A stretch of 64,000 bases of DNA from Actinomycetota bacterium (GTDB taxonomy: Bacteria; Actinomycetota; UBA4738). The stretch lies in NCBI GenBank assembly GCA_036406615.1, contig DASXAQ010000127.1, positions 8,309 to 72,308 on the forward strand. The letters run 5' to 3'. The notes beneath the pieces are model-generated. The model searched no databases and was not told the origin of the DNA. It was given only the letters and a program-made list of their open reading frames with translations. A program made the position numbers and the translations under genes. Numbering within the stretch: the first letter of the stretch is position 1; every line of letters begins with the position of its first letter. Positions 8,459 to 16,903 of this stretch are shown here, one piece after another.

Positions 8459-11020
8459 CTAGGTCCCCTGCTTGGCCTTCGGCGTGGCTGCGGCCTTGGA
8501 TGACGCCGTGGTCTTCGTCGTCCGCTTGGCGCGTCGCGCTCCCGAGGCCCCGTCCGTGGCGTCGTCGGACTTGGTCGCGCGCTTGGTCCTGCCGCCGGAG
8601 GCCCGCTTGGCCCGCGTCCGTCCGCGGCCGGCGGGTACCAGGGCCTTGGCCTCCTCCTCGGACAGCTCGACGCCGTCCTCGGCCCAGGCCTTGCCGCAGC
8701 TCGTGCACCGGGTCGCGTTCCCCCGGGCCTTCACGACCAGTCCCTTGCAGGCCGGGCACGGATCCGGCAGCGGCGTCTGGTTCACGGAGAAGTCGCAGTC
8801 CGGGTACCGCTCGCACGAGTAGAAGGTGCCGAAGCGCCCGCGCCGCTCGACGATCTCGCCCTGGCCGCACTTCGGGCACGTCACACCGGTGCCCTTGCGC
8901 TCGCGCTTGATGTACTTGCAGTCCGGGTAGCCCGAGCACCCGATGAACGGGCCGTAGCGGCCGGTTCGCTGCATCAGCGGACGGCCGCATTCGGGGCATG
9001 CTTCGTCCAGCAGCTCCGGCTCCGGCCGCTCCTCGCCGTTCAGCTGGCGTGTGTAGCGGCAGTCCGGATAGTTCTGGCAGCCGATGAACCGGCCGTAGCG
9101 CCCGAGCTTGACGACCAGGTGGCCGGGCTCGCGCCCCTCCTCCGGGCAGCGCGGGCACAGCTCCTCGAGCACCTCCTCGGGGGGCTTCATCTCGTCGTCG
9201 GCGACCTTCAGGTCCCGCGTGAAGGGCCCGTAGAACTCATTCAGCACTCCAACCCAGCGCGTCTTGCCCTCGGCGATGTCGTCGAGCTCCTCTTCCATCC
9301 GCGCCGTGAACCCGATGTCGAAGATGTCGGGGAAGTGCTGGACCAGCAGGTCGGTGACGACGATCCCGATGTCCTCGGGGAAGAACCGGCGGTCCTCCAA
9401 CCGGACGTAGCCTCGGTCGGTGATCGTGGACAGCGTTGGCGCGTAGGTCGAAGGGCGCCCGATCCCATTCTCCTCCAACGCTTTCACCAGGCTCGCCTCG
9501 GTGTAGCGCGGCGGCGGCTGCGTGAAGTGCTGCTCGGGAAGCAGCTCGAGCAGGCGCAGCGCCTGCTCGGCGGTGAGCGCGGGGAGGTTGGCTTCGGCGT
9601 CCTCGTCGATGGCATCGTCGCGTCCCTCGAAGTAGACGCGGCGGAAGCCGTCGAACGTCATGGTCTGGCCGGTGGCGCGCAGCATGTACGCCGGGCCGCC
9701 GCCGGCCTCGGCGCCGATGTCCACCGACACCTGGTTGAAGCGCGCCTCCGCCATCTGCGAGGCGACCGTGCGCTGCCAGATCAGCCGGTACAGGCGGCCC
9801 TGGTCGCGGTCCAGCACCGACTCGAGCTGGTCGGGCGCGCGCTGGGCGCTCGTGGGGCGGATCGCCTCGTGGGCCTCCTGCGCGCCGCGCTGCTTGCGCT
9901 TGTAGTGACGCGGCTGGGCCAGCGCGTACTCGTTGCCGTACATCGCCCGCACGGTGTCGGCCAGCTCGGCCAGCGCCTGTTCGGCGATGTTCACCGAGTC
10001 GGTTCGCATGTACGTGATCAGGCCGACCTGTCCCTCGCCCGGCACGGTCACGCCCTCGTACAGCCGCTGCGCGAGCGTCATCGTCTTGCGCGCCGAGAAC
10101 CCGAGCTTGCGGGCCGCCTCCTGTTGCAGCGTCGAGGTGGTGAAGGGCGGCGCGGGTGTGCGCTTCACTTCTTTCTGGCGCACCTCCAGCACGCGGTAGG
10201 CCGCCTCGCGGAGCCTCGCGACGTGCGCGTCGGCCTCCTCCTGCGTCGACAGCACCAGGCCCTTCTTGTCCGGCGAGGCCGCAAGCTTGTCGTCGTCGAC
10301 CTGGATGAGCCGCGCCAGGAACGCCGACTCGTCGCCGTTCGGCGCAAGCCGCGCGTCCACGCTCCAGTACTCCACGGGAACGAACGCCTGGATCTCGCGT
10401 TCGCGGTCCACGATCAGTCGCAGCGCCACGGACTGCACGCGTCCGGCGGACAGGGCGCGGCGGAGCCGCTTCGACAGCAGCGGCGAGAGCTCGTAGCCGA
10501 CGATTCGGTCCAGGATCCGGCGCGTCTGCTGCGCGTTCACCAGGTCCGTGTCGATCCGACGCGGGTGCCGGAACGCCTCCTGCACCGCGTCGCGCGTGAT
10601 CTCGGTGAACGTGACCCGGTTCGCGGTGGCCGGGTCCGCGCCGATCGACTCGGCAACGTGCCAGGCGATGGCCTCGCCCTCGCGGTCGAAGTCGGTGGCG
10701 AGCCACAGCGTCCCGGCGCGCTTGAACGCGTCGGTGAGCTTGCCGATCGTCTCCTTCGAGTCCGGCTTGATCTCGTATTCGGGGGCGAAGTCGTCGTCGG
10801 GGTTCACGCCCATGCGATCCTCGGGCAGGTCGCGGACGTGCCCGCGGCTGGCCTCGACCTTGTAGTCCGAGCCCAGGTACCGCTCGAGCGTCTTCGCCTT
10901 GGTCGGCGACTCGACGATCACCAGTTGCTTGGCCATCTCGTCCTTCGTGTCCTCGTCCTTCTTATCTACGTTCGCGGCTGCGGTTCGGGAGGGAGGGGAC
11001 GCCGCGGGCGGAACGCCCAC
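8459..11020 (-). CDS. topA: DNA topoisomerase I
   Basis: 853-aa ORF with MAKQLVIVESPTKAKTLERYLGSDYKVEASRGHVRDLP (Toprim), the catalytic core, C-terminal CxxC zinc-ribbon repeats and a Lys-rich tail. The true start is probably the internal ATG at 10936 (MAKQLVIV...). Confidence 0.9.
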   Translation of the reverse strand: MGVPPAASPPSRTAAANVDKKDEDTKDEMAKQLVIVESPTKAKTLERYLGSDYKVEASRGHVRDLPEDRMGVNPDDDFAPEYEIKPDSKETIGKLTDAFKRAGTLWLATDFDREGEAIAWHVAESIGADPATANRVTFTEITRDAVQEAFRHPRRIDTDLVNAQQTRRILDRIVGYELSPLLSKRLRRALSAGRVQSVALRLIVDREREIQAFVPVEYWSVDARLAPNGDESAFLARLIQVDDDKLAASPDKKGLVLSTQEEADAHVARLREAAYRVLEVRQKEVKRTPAPPFTTSTLQQEAARKLGFSARKTMTLAQRLYEGVTVPGEGQVGLITYMRTDSVNIAEQALAELADTVRAMYGNEYALAQPRHYKRKQRGAQEAHEAIRPTSAQRAPDQLESVLDRDQGRLYRLIWQRTVASQMAEARFNQVSVDIGAEAGGGPAYMLRATGQTMTFDGFRRVYFEGRDDAIDEDAEANLPALTAEQALRLLELLPEQHFTQPPPRYTEASLVKALEENGIGRPSTYAPTLSTITDRGYVRLEDRRFFPEDIGIVVTDLLVQHFPDIFDIGFTARMEEELDDIAEGKTRWVGVLNEFYGPFTRDLKVADDEMKPPEEVLEELCPRCPEEGREPGHLVVKLGRYGRFIGCQNYPDCRYTRQLNGEERPEPELLDEACPECGRPLMQRTGRYGPFIGCSGYPDCKYIKRERKGTGVTCPKCGQGEIVERRGRFGTFYSCERYPDCDFSVNQTPLPDPCPACKGLVVKARGNATRCTSCGKAWAEDGVELSEEEAKALVPAGRGRTRAKRASGGRTKRATKSDDATDGASGARRAKRTTKTTASSKAAATPKAKQGT

Positions 11021-11130
11021 GGTGCATCACTGTACGGCATGCCGGCGACTCCACTTGAGCGGCGGCCGATCCGCGATCCTGGCAGCTCCGGCGGCCGGCA
11101 GTCCATCGCCGGCAGGGGCAACCGCCGGTT

Positions 11131-11158
11131 GGAACATGCCACGAAATCGAAATGTTCC
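11131..11158. promoter_or_regulatory. inverted repeat GGAACAT-N14-ATGTTCC in the divergent topA/dedA intergenic region
   Basis: ggaacat gccacgaaatcgaa atgttcc, with an internal tandem cgaaat cgaaat. It lies in the 218-nt promoter region between topA (minus) and dedA (plus). Confidence 0.3.
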
Positions 11159-11237
11159 CACGCTGAAGTGCGCAAACGCGCGAGGTAGGCTCGGCGCGCC
11201 GGCCCGGCCGGACCGGCGGAGGGGTACCTCGGGGCGC

Positions 11238-11897
11238 GCGGTGCAGCACTTCATCACGAATTTCATCCTGGACCACGGCTACGAGGCCATCTTCGTGCTG
11301 ATGGTGCTCGAGTCGGCCTGCATTCCGATTCCCTCAGAGGTGACCATGCTGTTCGGTGGCGCGATGGCCAACGCGACGTTCGTCGCCTCCGTCGCCGGGG
11401 CGAGCGCCGTCCAGCTGAACTTCGTCCTGGTTGCCCTGATTGGGACGCTAGGAAACCTGGTCGGGTCCTTGATCGCGTACGGCGTCGGTCGCGCCGGCGG
11501 CCGCCCGATGGTCGAGCGGTGGAGCCGGAGGCTCTACGTGCGCGAGCACGAGCTGGAGCGCGCGGACGCCTGGTGGCGCGACCACGGGCAGCCCGCCGTG
11601 TTCTTCGGCCGGCTACTGCCCGTCGTGCGGACATTCATCAGCCTGCCGGCTGGCGTGGGCGAGATGCCCTTCGCCAGGTTCACGACCTACACACTGCTCG
11701 GATGTCTGCCCTGGACCTTCGCGCTCGCGGGCGTCGGGTACGCCGTGGGCGCGAGCTGGGACACGGTTGCTCGCTACTTCGTGCCGATCTCGATCGCGAT
11801 CGGGGCCGTGCTGGTCGCCGGCGTCGGGTGGTGGTTCGTCCGCCAGCGCAGAGCCGCGCGCGAGGAGCGCCGGGCGAAGGACGCGCCGACTACGTAG
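11238..11897 (+). CDS. dedA: DedA/SNARE-associated family membrane protein
   Basis: The C-terminal 220 aa of ORF 10899..11897 match DedA (HGYEAIFVLMVLESACIPIPSEV...LIAYGVGRAGGRPMVERW...LLPVVRTFISLPAGV). The likely start is GTG 11238 (VQHFITNF...). The upstream part of the ORF is non-coding-like. Confidence 0.75.
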   Translation, partial: AVQHFITNFILDHGYEAIFVLMVLESACIPIPSEVTMLFGGAMANATFVASVAGASAVQLNFVLVALIGTLGNLVGSLIAYGVGRAGGRPMVERWSRRLYVREHELERADAWWRDHGQPAVFFGRLLPVVRTFISLPAGVGEMPFARFTTYTLLGCLPWTFALAGVGYAVGASWDTVARYFVPISIAIGAVLVAGVGWWFVRQRRAAREERRAKDAPTT

Positions 11898-13860
11898 CCG
11901 AGCCGGACGAACCCGCGTCCGGACTCGGGCTCGCGCTCCCGGACCCCGACGTACGCGTCAGCGACATCGTGAGGTCGCCCGTGAAGCCGATCTCGCCACC
12001 GGGGAACGACTCGCCGGCGGGCAGCCCCGACACCGACATGTGCAGGTCGAAGTGCCCCTGGACTTGCGTCGCGAGCATCTGCTTGTTCGGCACGTCGAAC
12101 CACGCCGTCTGGTTCATGGTGACGCTGCCCTTGTAGGTGAATTTCGGATCGGCGCCGTCGAGCGACCCGGTCGCGTCGGAGCCGGCCGACTTCAGCATCT
12201 TCCGCACGTCGATCGTCATGTTCAGCGGGACCGTCGTGGTGCTCTGCAGCACCGCGGCGTTGACCCCCTGCATCATCTGGTTGCTCACGTAGTGCGTCTC
12301 GGTGGTATAGGTGATCGAACCGTCTCCAAACGGGTTCGGTTGGCTGTACGTCTTGCTCCACGAGTCGCCTGGCTTCACCGGGTGGTCGGGGAGCAGCGGC
12401 GTGAGCTGGTCGGTGCCGGGCACGCCGCTGCCGGCAGAGCCGGACGCGCTGGTGAGGGCCATCATGTTGCCGGAGACGATCTGCCCGTTCTGATTGATCT
12501 GGAACCTCAGGTGGCCGAGCGACGGCACCTTGACCTTGCGGCCATCGACCGTTGCGGTCGCGTGGCGCACGCCGACGTCGACGGTCGCAACGCCGGCCGC
12601 GTTCACGTCGGTGACCTTCCAGGTCATGACCATGTCCATCTGCTCGCTGAGGGGCACCTGCTGCCCCGCGGCGGTCAGTGACCCATGCAGGTCCATCGTC
12701 ATGTGATACGTCTGCCGCTCGCTCTTCGTGAAGCTCATCGTCATGGCCACGGCCGTGTTGCCGGAGCCGGGACGGAGGAACAGGTAGGCGAGCGCGGCAA
12801 GCGCCAGCGCGATCACGACGACGATCGCGATCACGACCCGGCTGCGGCCCTCGCCGAGCGACAGCGACGGCATCGACAGGGAGCGCTTCGACATGGACCG
12901 CTTCGACATCGAGCCGCGGCCCGACGACGCCCACGTCCCGTCGGAGTCGAACGGAACCTCGGACACGGCCTCGGCGACCGGCACGAGCTCGTCTGCCTCG
13001 GGCATGGTTGCCACGGCGAAGTCGCCGGCCTCTGGCTGGACCTCGCCGGAGCCACCTGGCCCGGCCAGCACCGCCGAAGGCGGCGGCGGGACCGAAGCGA
13101 CGGGCGGCGGAACCGCGGCGGCAGGAGGCGCCGGTGCGGCCACGGCCGGAGGCGCGGGCATGGCCGGAGGCTCGGGAGCTGGGGCGCTCGCCACCGGGAC
13201 CGGCGCCACGGGAGGGGCCGGGACGGCCGCGGGCATCGGCGCGGCGGGCCCGGGCGACATCGGCGGCGTGGCGGGCTCCACCGGCGCCGGCGCAGCAGCG
13301 GGGGGCTCGACCACGGCAGGAGCTTGACCGGGAAGGGGGATCGTCGGCCTGACGGACAGCGGCGGTGCTGGGGGCTGAACCGTCGGGGCGGGGCCGGCCG
13401 GCTCGGCTTCGGGAGCGGGAGCAGCCGCTTCGACCGGGACCGGGGGGGCCGGAACCGGAGCGACGGGTTCGAAAATCGCGGGCGGCGGCGGGGGAGCCAC
13501 GGGCTCCGGCGCGGGCGCGGGCGCTGGCCCGGGCGCGGGCTCGAAAGGCGGAGCCGCGGCCACCGCGGGCGGCTCGGCCGCGGGAGGCTCGGAGACGGGA
13601 TCGGGCACGGGGGACGCGGACGGGACGGGCTCCGCACCCGGCGCGGGCGCCGCGTCCGGCGGCGCGAACAGCTGCGCGGCAAGCGGAGCCACCTCGGGCG
13701 CGGGAGGCGGAACCCAGGCGGGCGAGGTCGGGTCGCCAGCGTCGCCCGGCGCCGTGTCGCCGATGCCGGCGGCGGGATCGAGCGCTTCCGGCTCGTCGGC
13801 TGGCGGGGTGGGGGCGCCGGTCTCGTTGTCGCTCATGCTGGATCCGTCTCCTTGTTCCAC
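11890..13860 (-). CDS. membrane-anchored protein with ~330-aa Pro/Ala-rich N-terminal region and C-terminal extracytoplasmic domain
   Basis: 656 aa. Residues 1-330 are extreme PA/PE low complexity. There is one TM helix (VVIAIVVVIALALAALAYLFL), then a ~300-aa non-repetitive, Met/Thr-rich domain. Confidence 0.55.
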   Translation of the reverse strand: MEQGDGSSMSDNETGAPTPPADEPEALDPAAGIGDTAPGDAGDPTSPAWVPPPAPEVAPLAAQLFAPPDAAPAPGAEPVPSASPVPDPVSEPPAAEPPAVAAAPPFEPAPGPAPAPAPEPVAPPPPPAIFEPVAPVPAPPVPVEAAAPAPEAEPAGPAPTVQPPAPPLSVRPTIPLPGQAPAVVEPPAAAPAPVEPATPPMSPGPAAPMPAAVPAPPVAPVPVASAPAPEPPAMPAPPAVAAPAPPAAAVPPPVASVPPPPSAVLAGPGGSGEVQPEAGDFAVATMPEADELVPVAEAVSEVPFDSDGTWASSGRGSMSKRSMSKRSLSMPSLSLGEGRSRVVIAIVVVIALALAALAYLFLRPGSGNTAVAMTMSFTKSERQTYHMTMDLHGSLTAAGQQVPLSEQMDMVMTWKVTDVNAAGVATVDVGVRHATATVDGRKVKVPSLGHLRFQINQNGQIVSGNMMALTSASGSAGSGVPGTDQLTPLLPDHPVKPGDSWSKTYSQPNPFGDGSITYTTETHYVSNQMMQGVNAAVLQSTTTVPLNMTIDVRKMLKSAGSDATGSLDGADPKFTYKGSVTMNQTAWFDVPNKQMLATQVQGHFDLHMSVSGLPAGESFPGGEIGFTGDLTMSLTRTSGSGSASPSPDAGSSGSAT

Positions 13861-13969
13861 GTATGCGACGTGCAGCGCCGAGCCGCACGGGCGGTCGACA
13901 CTCTCAATGGTGATTCGACAGGGAGGCGCTCGTTCTTGAGGCGGCCCGGGAGCGCTCGGCTCAGCGGCC

Positions 13970-14514
13970 CTACAGGGAGATCTCGGGAGCGACCTCCTGC
14001 AGGCCCTCGATCGCCAGCCCGATGAACTCGTCCAGGCCGAGCCCCAGGTTCGGCTCGGCCAGCGCGATCTCCTCGCGGTTGACGCCGGGCGCGAACGCGC
14101 GCTCCTTCAGCTTCTTCTTCACGGAGGAAACCTTCATCCCGGCGGACTTCTCCGGCCGGACCAGCGCCGCGGCGACCAGCAGCCCGGCGACGGCGTCGGC
14201 GGCGACGATGCCCTTCGACATCCGGTCGGTCTGGAACTCGGGGTGCGCGTGGGCGAGCACGCCGTTGACGACGACCTCGTCAACGCCCGCCTCGCGGAGC
14301 CAGTCGGCCGCCAGGTACGCGTGCCGGGCGAGGTCGTCGCCGGTCTGGTCCTGGTCCAGGTCGTGGAACAGGCCGGTCAGCCCCCACCGCTCCTCGTCCT
14401 CGTCGAAGTGGCGGCCGAGCCGGCGCATGACCCCCTCGACGCTGACGAGGTGCCGGTAGGTGATGTCCTTGTCGACCTTGCTCCGGGCGAACGCCCGGGC
14501 TTCCTGGGTGTCCA
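13970..14514 (-). CDS. HD-domain metal-dependent phosphohydrolase (small, YqeK-like)
   Basis: The C-terminal 181 aa of the artefactual ORF 13970..16378 read VDTQEARAFARSKVDKDITYRHLVSVEGVMRRLGRHFDEDEERWGLTGLFHDLD..., with H..HD..D HD motifs. GTG start at 14514 has a GGAGGG RBS 8 nt upstream and lies 22 nt after the upstream transporter stop. Confidence 0.7.
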
Positions 14515-14535
14515 CGCTTTCGGCCCTCCGCTCTT

Positions 14536-16869
14536 CTAGTGGATCTGGTACGGAACGCTCGACAGGATGACCCGCTCCTCGAAGAACAGCAGTCGCTTGA
14601 TGAACAGCGCTCGCTGGCCGTGCAGCGGCTGCTGCCACCACTTGGCGACGATCACCTCCGGGATGACCACGGAAGCGACGGCGTCGGGCCGCGAGGTCAC
14701 GCGCCGCACCTCCTCCAGGATCGGTTCGCCGAGCTCGCGGAACGGCGCCTCCACGATGTCCAGCTGGACCGGGACATGCAGGGCCTCCCACGCCACGGCG
14801 ATCTCCTCGACCTCGCTCGCGTCGAGCGCGACGAAGATCGCCCGCGTCTGCGTTCCGCGCAGGGACCGCGCGTAGTTGATCGCGCGGATCGTGCCGTCGT
14901 GCACACCCGAGACGAATACCAGCACGTCGACGCGCTGGGGGATGACGGGCGCCGTCGCGGCCGGCACGTCCTGGCGGACGAGCATCGGCACGTCGGCCAC
15001 CACCACGCCGGTCACGCCGAGCAGGCGCAGCTTCAGCAGGAACGCCGCCCGTCGACGCCGGATGGCCGAGGCGAGCGACCGCTTCGTCAGCAGCTCGGGG
15101 ATGACGAGCGTGACGAAATCGCCCGGCCCGCGCGGGATCGACCGCAGGTACTCGATCATGGCGGCCGTCGGGTGGCCCCGGCCCGGCACGATCTCCAGCT
15201 CCACGTCGGCGCGGCAGAACGACCGCCACCGGGAGGCCAGGTCCTCCGAGCCGGGCCCGCGGCTCAGGTGCACCGCCCGGAAGTCGTTGAAGCGAAACGC
15301 CCGCACGTAGCCGACCGCCTGCGACGTGGCGGCGTTCAGCTCGTCGACGAACACGACGACCGTGTTGCGCGCCGTGTCGTCCAGCGGCACCGATCCGTTG
15401 CGGACCTGCTGCGAGACGTGAGCGTAGTGCCGGTGGACCGAGTAGAACGCGGTGATCATGACCGGGATCGCCAGGATCACGATCCACGCGCCGTGCGTGA
15501 ACTTCGTCAACACGACGATCACCAGCACGACGCCGGTCGCGAACGCGCCCACGCCGTTGATCGCCAGGCGCCAGTGCCAGCCCTCGGCTCGCGCGCTCCC
15601 CTCGGCCGCTGCCCGCCGCCAGTATCGGACCATCCCCGCCTGCGACAGCGTGAACGCGGTGAACACGCCGACGACGTACAGCTGCAGGAGCCGGTCCACG
15701 TTCGCCTGGAACGCCCAGATCAGCAGGACGGCGAACGCCGCAAGGACCACCATGCCGTTCGAGTACACGAGGCGGTCGCCCAGGTTCTCGAACTGCCGCG
15801 GGATGAAGCGGTCTCGCGCCAGCAGCGCCGCGAGCCGCGGGAACCCCTGGAAGGACGTGTTGGCCGCCAGGATCAGCACGGCGAACGTCGAGATCTGCAC
15901 GACCCAGAACATGAAGCTGCCGGAGCTCGGCGACGACCCGGGGAACACCGCCTTGGCGATCTCGGACACGACCGACACCGTGGTGCTCGGGCGCGCGCCG
16001 GTCTTCAGGGCGAGGAACGCGATGCCCATGATCATCGTCACGGCGATGACGCCCAGCATCGTCAGCGTCTGCGCGGCGTTGCGACCCTGCGGCCGGCGGA
16101 ACGCGCTCACGCCGTTGGAGATGGCCTCGGTTCCCGTCAGGGCCGACGAACCCGACGCGAACGAATGCAGCACGGCAAAGATGCCGACGGTCGCGGCCGC
16201 GCCGTAGGGAGCAGGGTTGGGGACGTTCGTCACCACCGGACAGCCGCCCAGGCACTTGATGAACCCCACCACGATGAGCGTGAACATCGACGCGATGAAC
16301 ACGTACGTGGGGGTGGCGAACGCCAGGCCCGATTCGCGGACGCCGCGCAGGTTGACCAGCGTCAACAACACCACGCACCCGATCGAGATCACCACGATGT
16401 ACCGGTTGAGGCTCCCGTTCATCGCCGACGAGATCGCGAGCACGCCCGAGCTGACCGACACCGCGACGGTCAGAATGTAGTCGGTGAGCAGGGCCGCCCC
16501 GGCGATCAGCCCGAAGATGCGAGCCAGGTTCTCGGAGCTCACGACGTACGAACCCGCCGACGTCGGGTACGCGCGCACGACCTGGCGGTACGACGTCACG
16601 ACCACGGCCATCACCACGGCCACCGCCAGGTTGATCGGGATGATCAGGCTTCGGATGTCCGCCAGGTTCCCGGACGCCGTTACCAGGATCAGCAGGCTGG
16701 CTTCGACCGAGTACGCCACCGACGACAGGGCGTCGGACGCGAAGATCGGCAGCGCCAATATCTTCGGCAGCAGCGTGTGCTCCATCCGGCCGCTCGCCAT
16801 CCCGCGGCCGACGAAGATCCGCTTGACGAGGGTGGGACCGGAGGATTCCCGGCGCTGCGTGGTCGACAT
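14536..16869 (-). CDS. APC-superfamily transporter with tandem Usp-like cytoplasmic C-terminal domains (KimA-like putative K+ transporter), paralog 1
   Basis: 777 aa. The N-terminal 12-TM APC/LeuT-fold domain starts LLPKILALPIFASDALSSVAYSVEASL. A ~300-aa C-terminal region holds two Usp-like alpha/beta modules (VVVFVD..., VLVFVSGVHD...). It is in tandem with a paralog. Confidence 0.8.
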   Translation of the reverse strand: MSTTQRRESSGPTLVKRIFVGRGMASGRMEHTLLPKILALPIFASDALSSVAYSVEASLLILVTASGNLADIRSLIIPINLAVAVVMAVVVTSYRQVVRAYPTSAGSYVVSSENLARIFGLIAGAALLTDYILTVAVSVSSGVLAISSAMNGSLNRYIVVISIGCVVLLTLVNLRGVRESGLAFATPTYVFIASMFTLIVVGFIKCLGGCPVVTNVPNPAPYGAAATVGIFAVLHSFASGSSALTGTEAISNGVSAFRRPQGRNAAQTLTMLGVIAVTMIMGIAFLALKTGARPSTTVSVVSEIAKAVFPGSSPSSGSFMFWVVQISTFAVLILAANTSFQGFPRLAALLARDRFIPRQFENLGDRLVYSNGMVVLAAFAVLLIWAFQANVDRLLQLYVVGVFTAFTLSQAGMVRYWRRAAAEGSARAEGWHWRLAINGVGAFATGVVLVIVVLTKFTHGAWIVILAIPVMITAFYSVHRHYAHVSQQVRNGSVPLDDTARNTVVVFVDELNAATSQAVGYVRAFRFNDFRAVHLSRGPGSEDLASRWRSFCRADVELEIVPGRGHPTAAMIEYLRSIPRGPGDFVTLVIPELLTKRSLASAIRRRRAAFLLKLRLLGVTGVVVADVPMLVRQDVPAATAPVIPQRVDVLVFVSGVHDGTIRAINYARSLRGTQTRAIFVALDASEVEEIAVAWEALHVPVQLDIVEAPFRELGEPILEEVRRVTSRPDAVASVVIPEVIVAKWWQQPLHGQRALFIKRLLFFEERVILSSVPYQIH

Positions 16870-16903
16870 CTGCCGGATTCTAGCCCCGGCCCTGTGGGCG
16901 GGA

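Noticed and set aside
5235-9158. 1307-aa minus-strand ORF spanning the holB-tmk-topA region
   Set aside because: Only its C-terminal 389 aa (holB) look like protein. The rest is an Arg/Gly/Pro-rich frame artefact antisense or out of frame to tmk and topA, as is typical of high-GC DNA.
12870-13830. GC-rich tandem repetitive DNA (CCG/GCC-rich)
   Set aside because: It is coding low complexity (the Pro/Ala region of the membrane-anchored protein), not a CRISPR array or intergenic repeat. There are no regular spacer/repeat units.
13970-16378. 802-aa ORF overlapping the KimA-like gene
   Set aside because: The N-terminal ~620 aa is an Arg-rich alternate frame of the transporter gene. Only the C-terminal 181 aa (HD protein from GTG 14514) is real.
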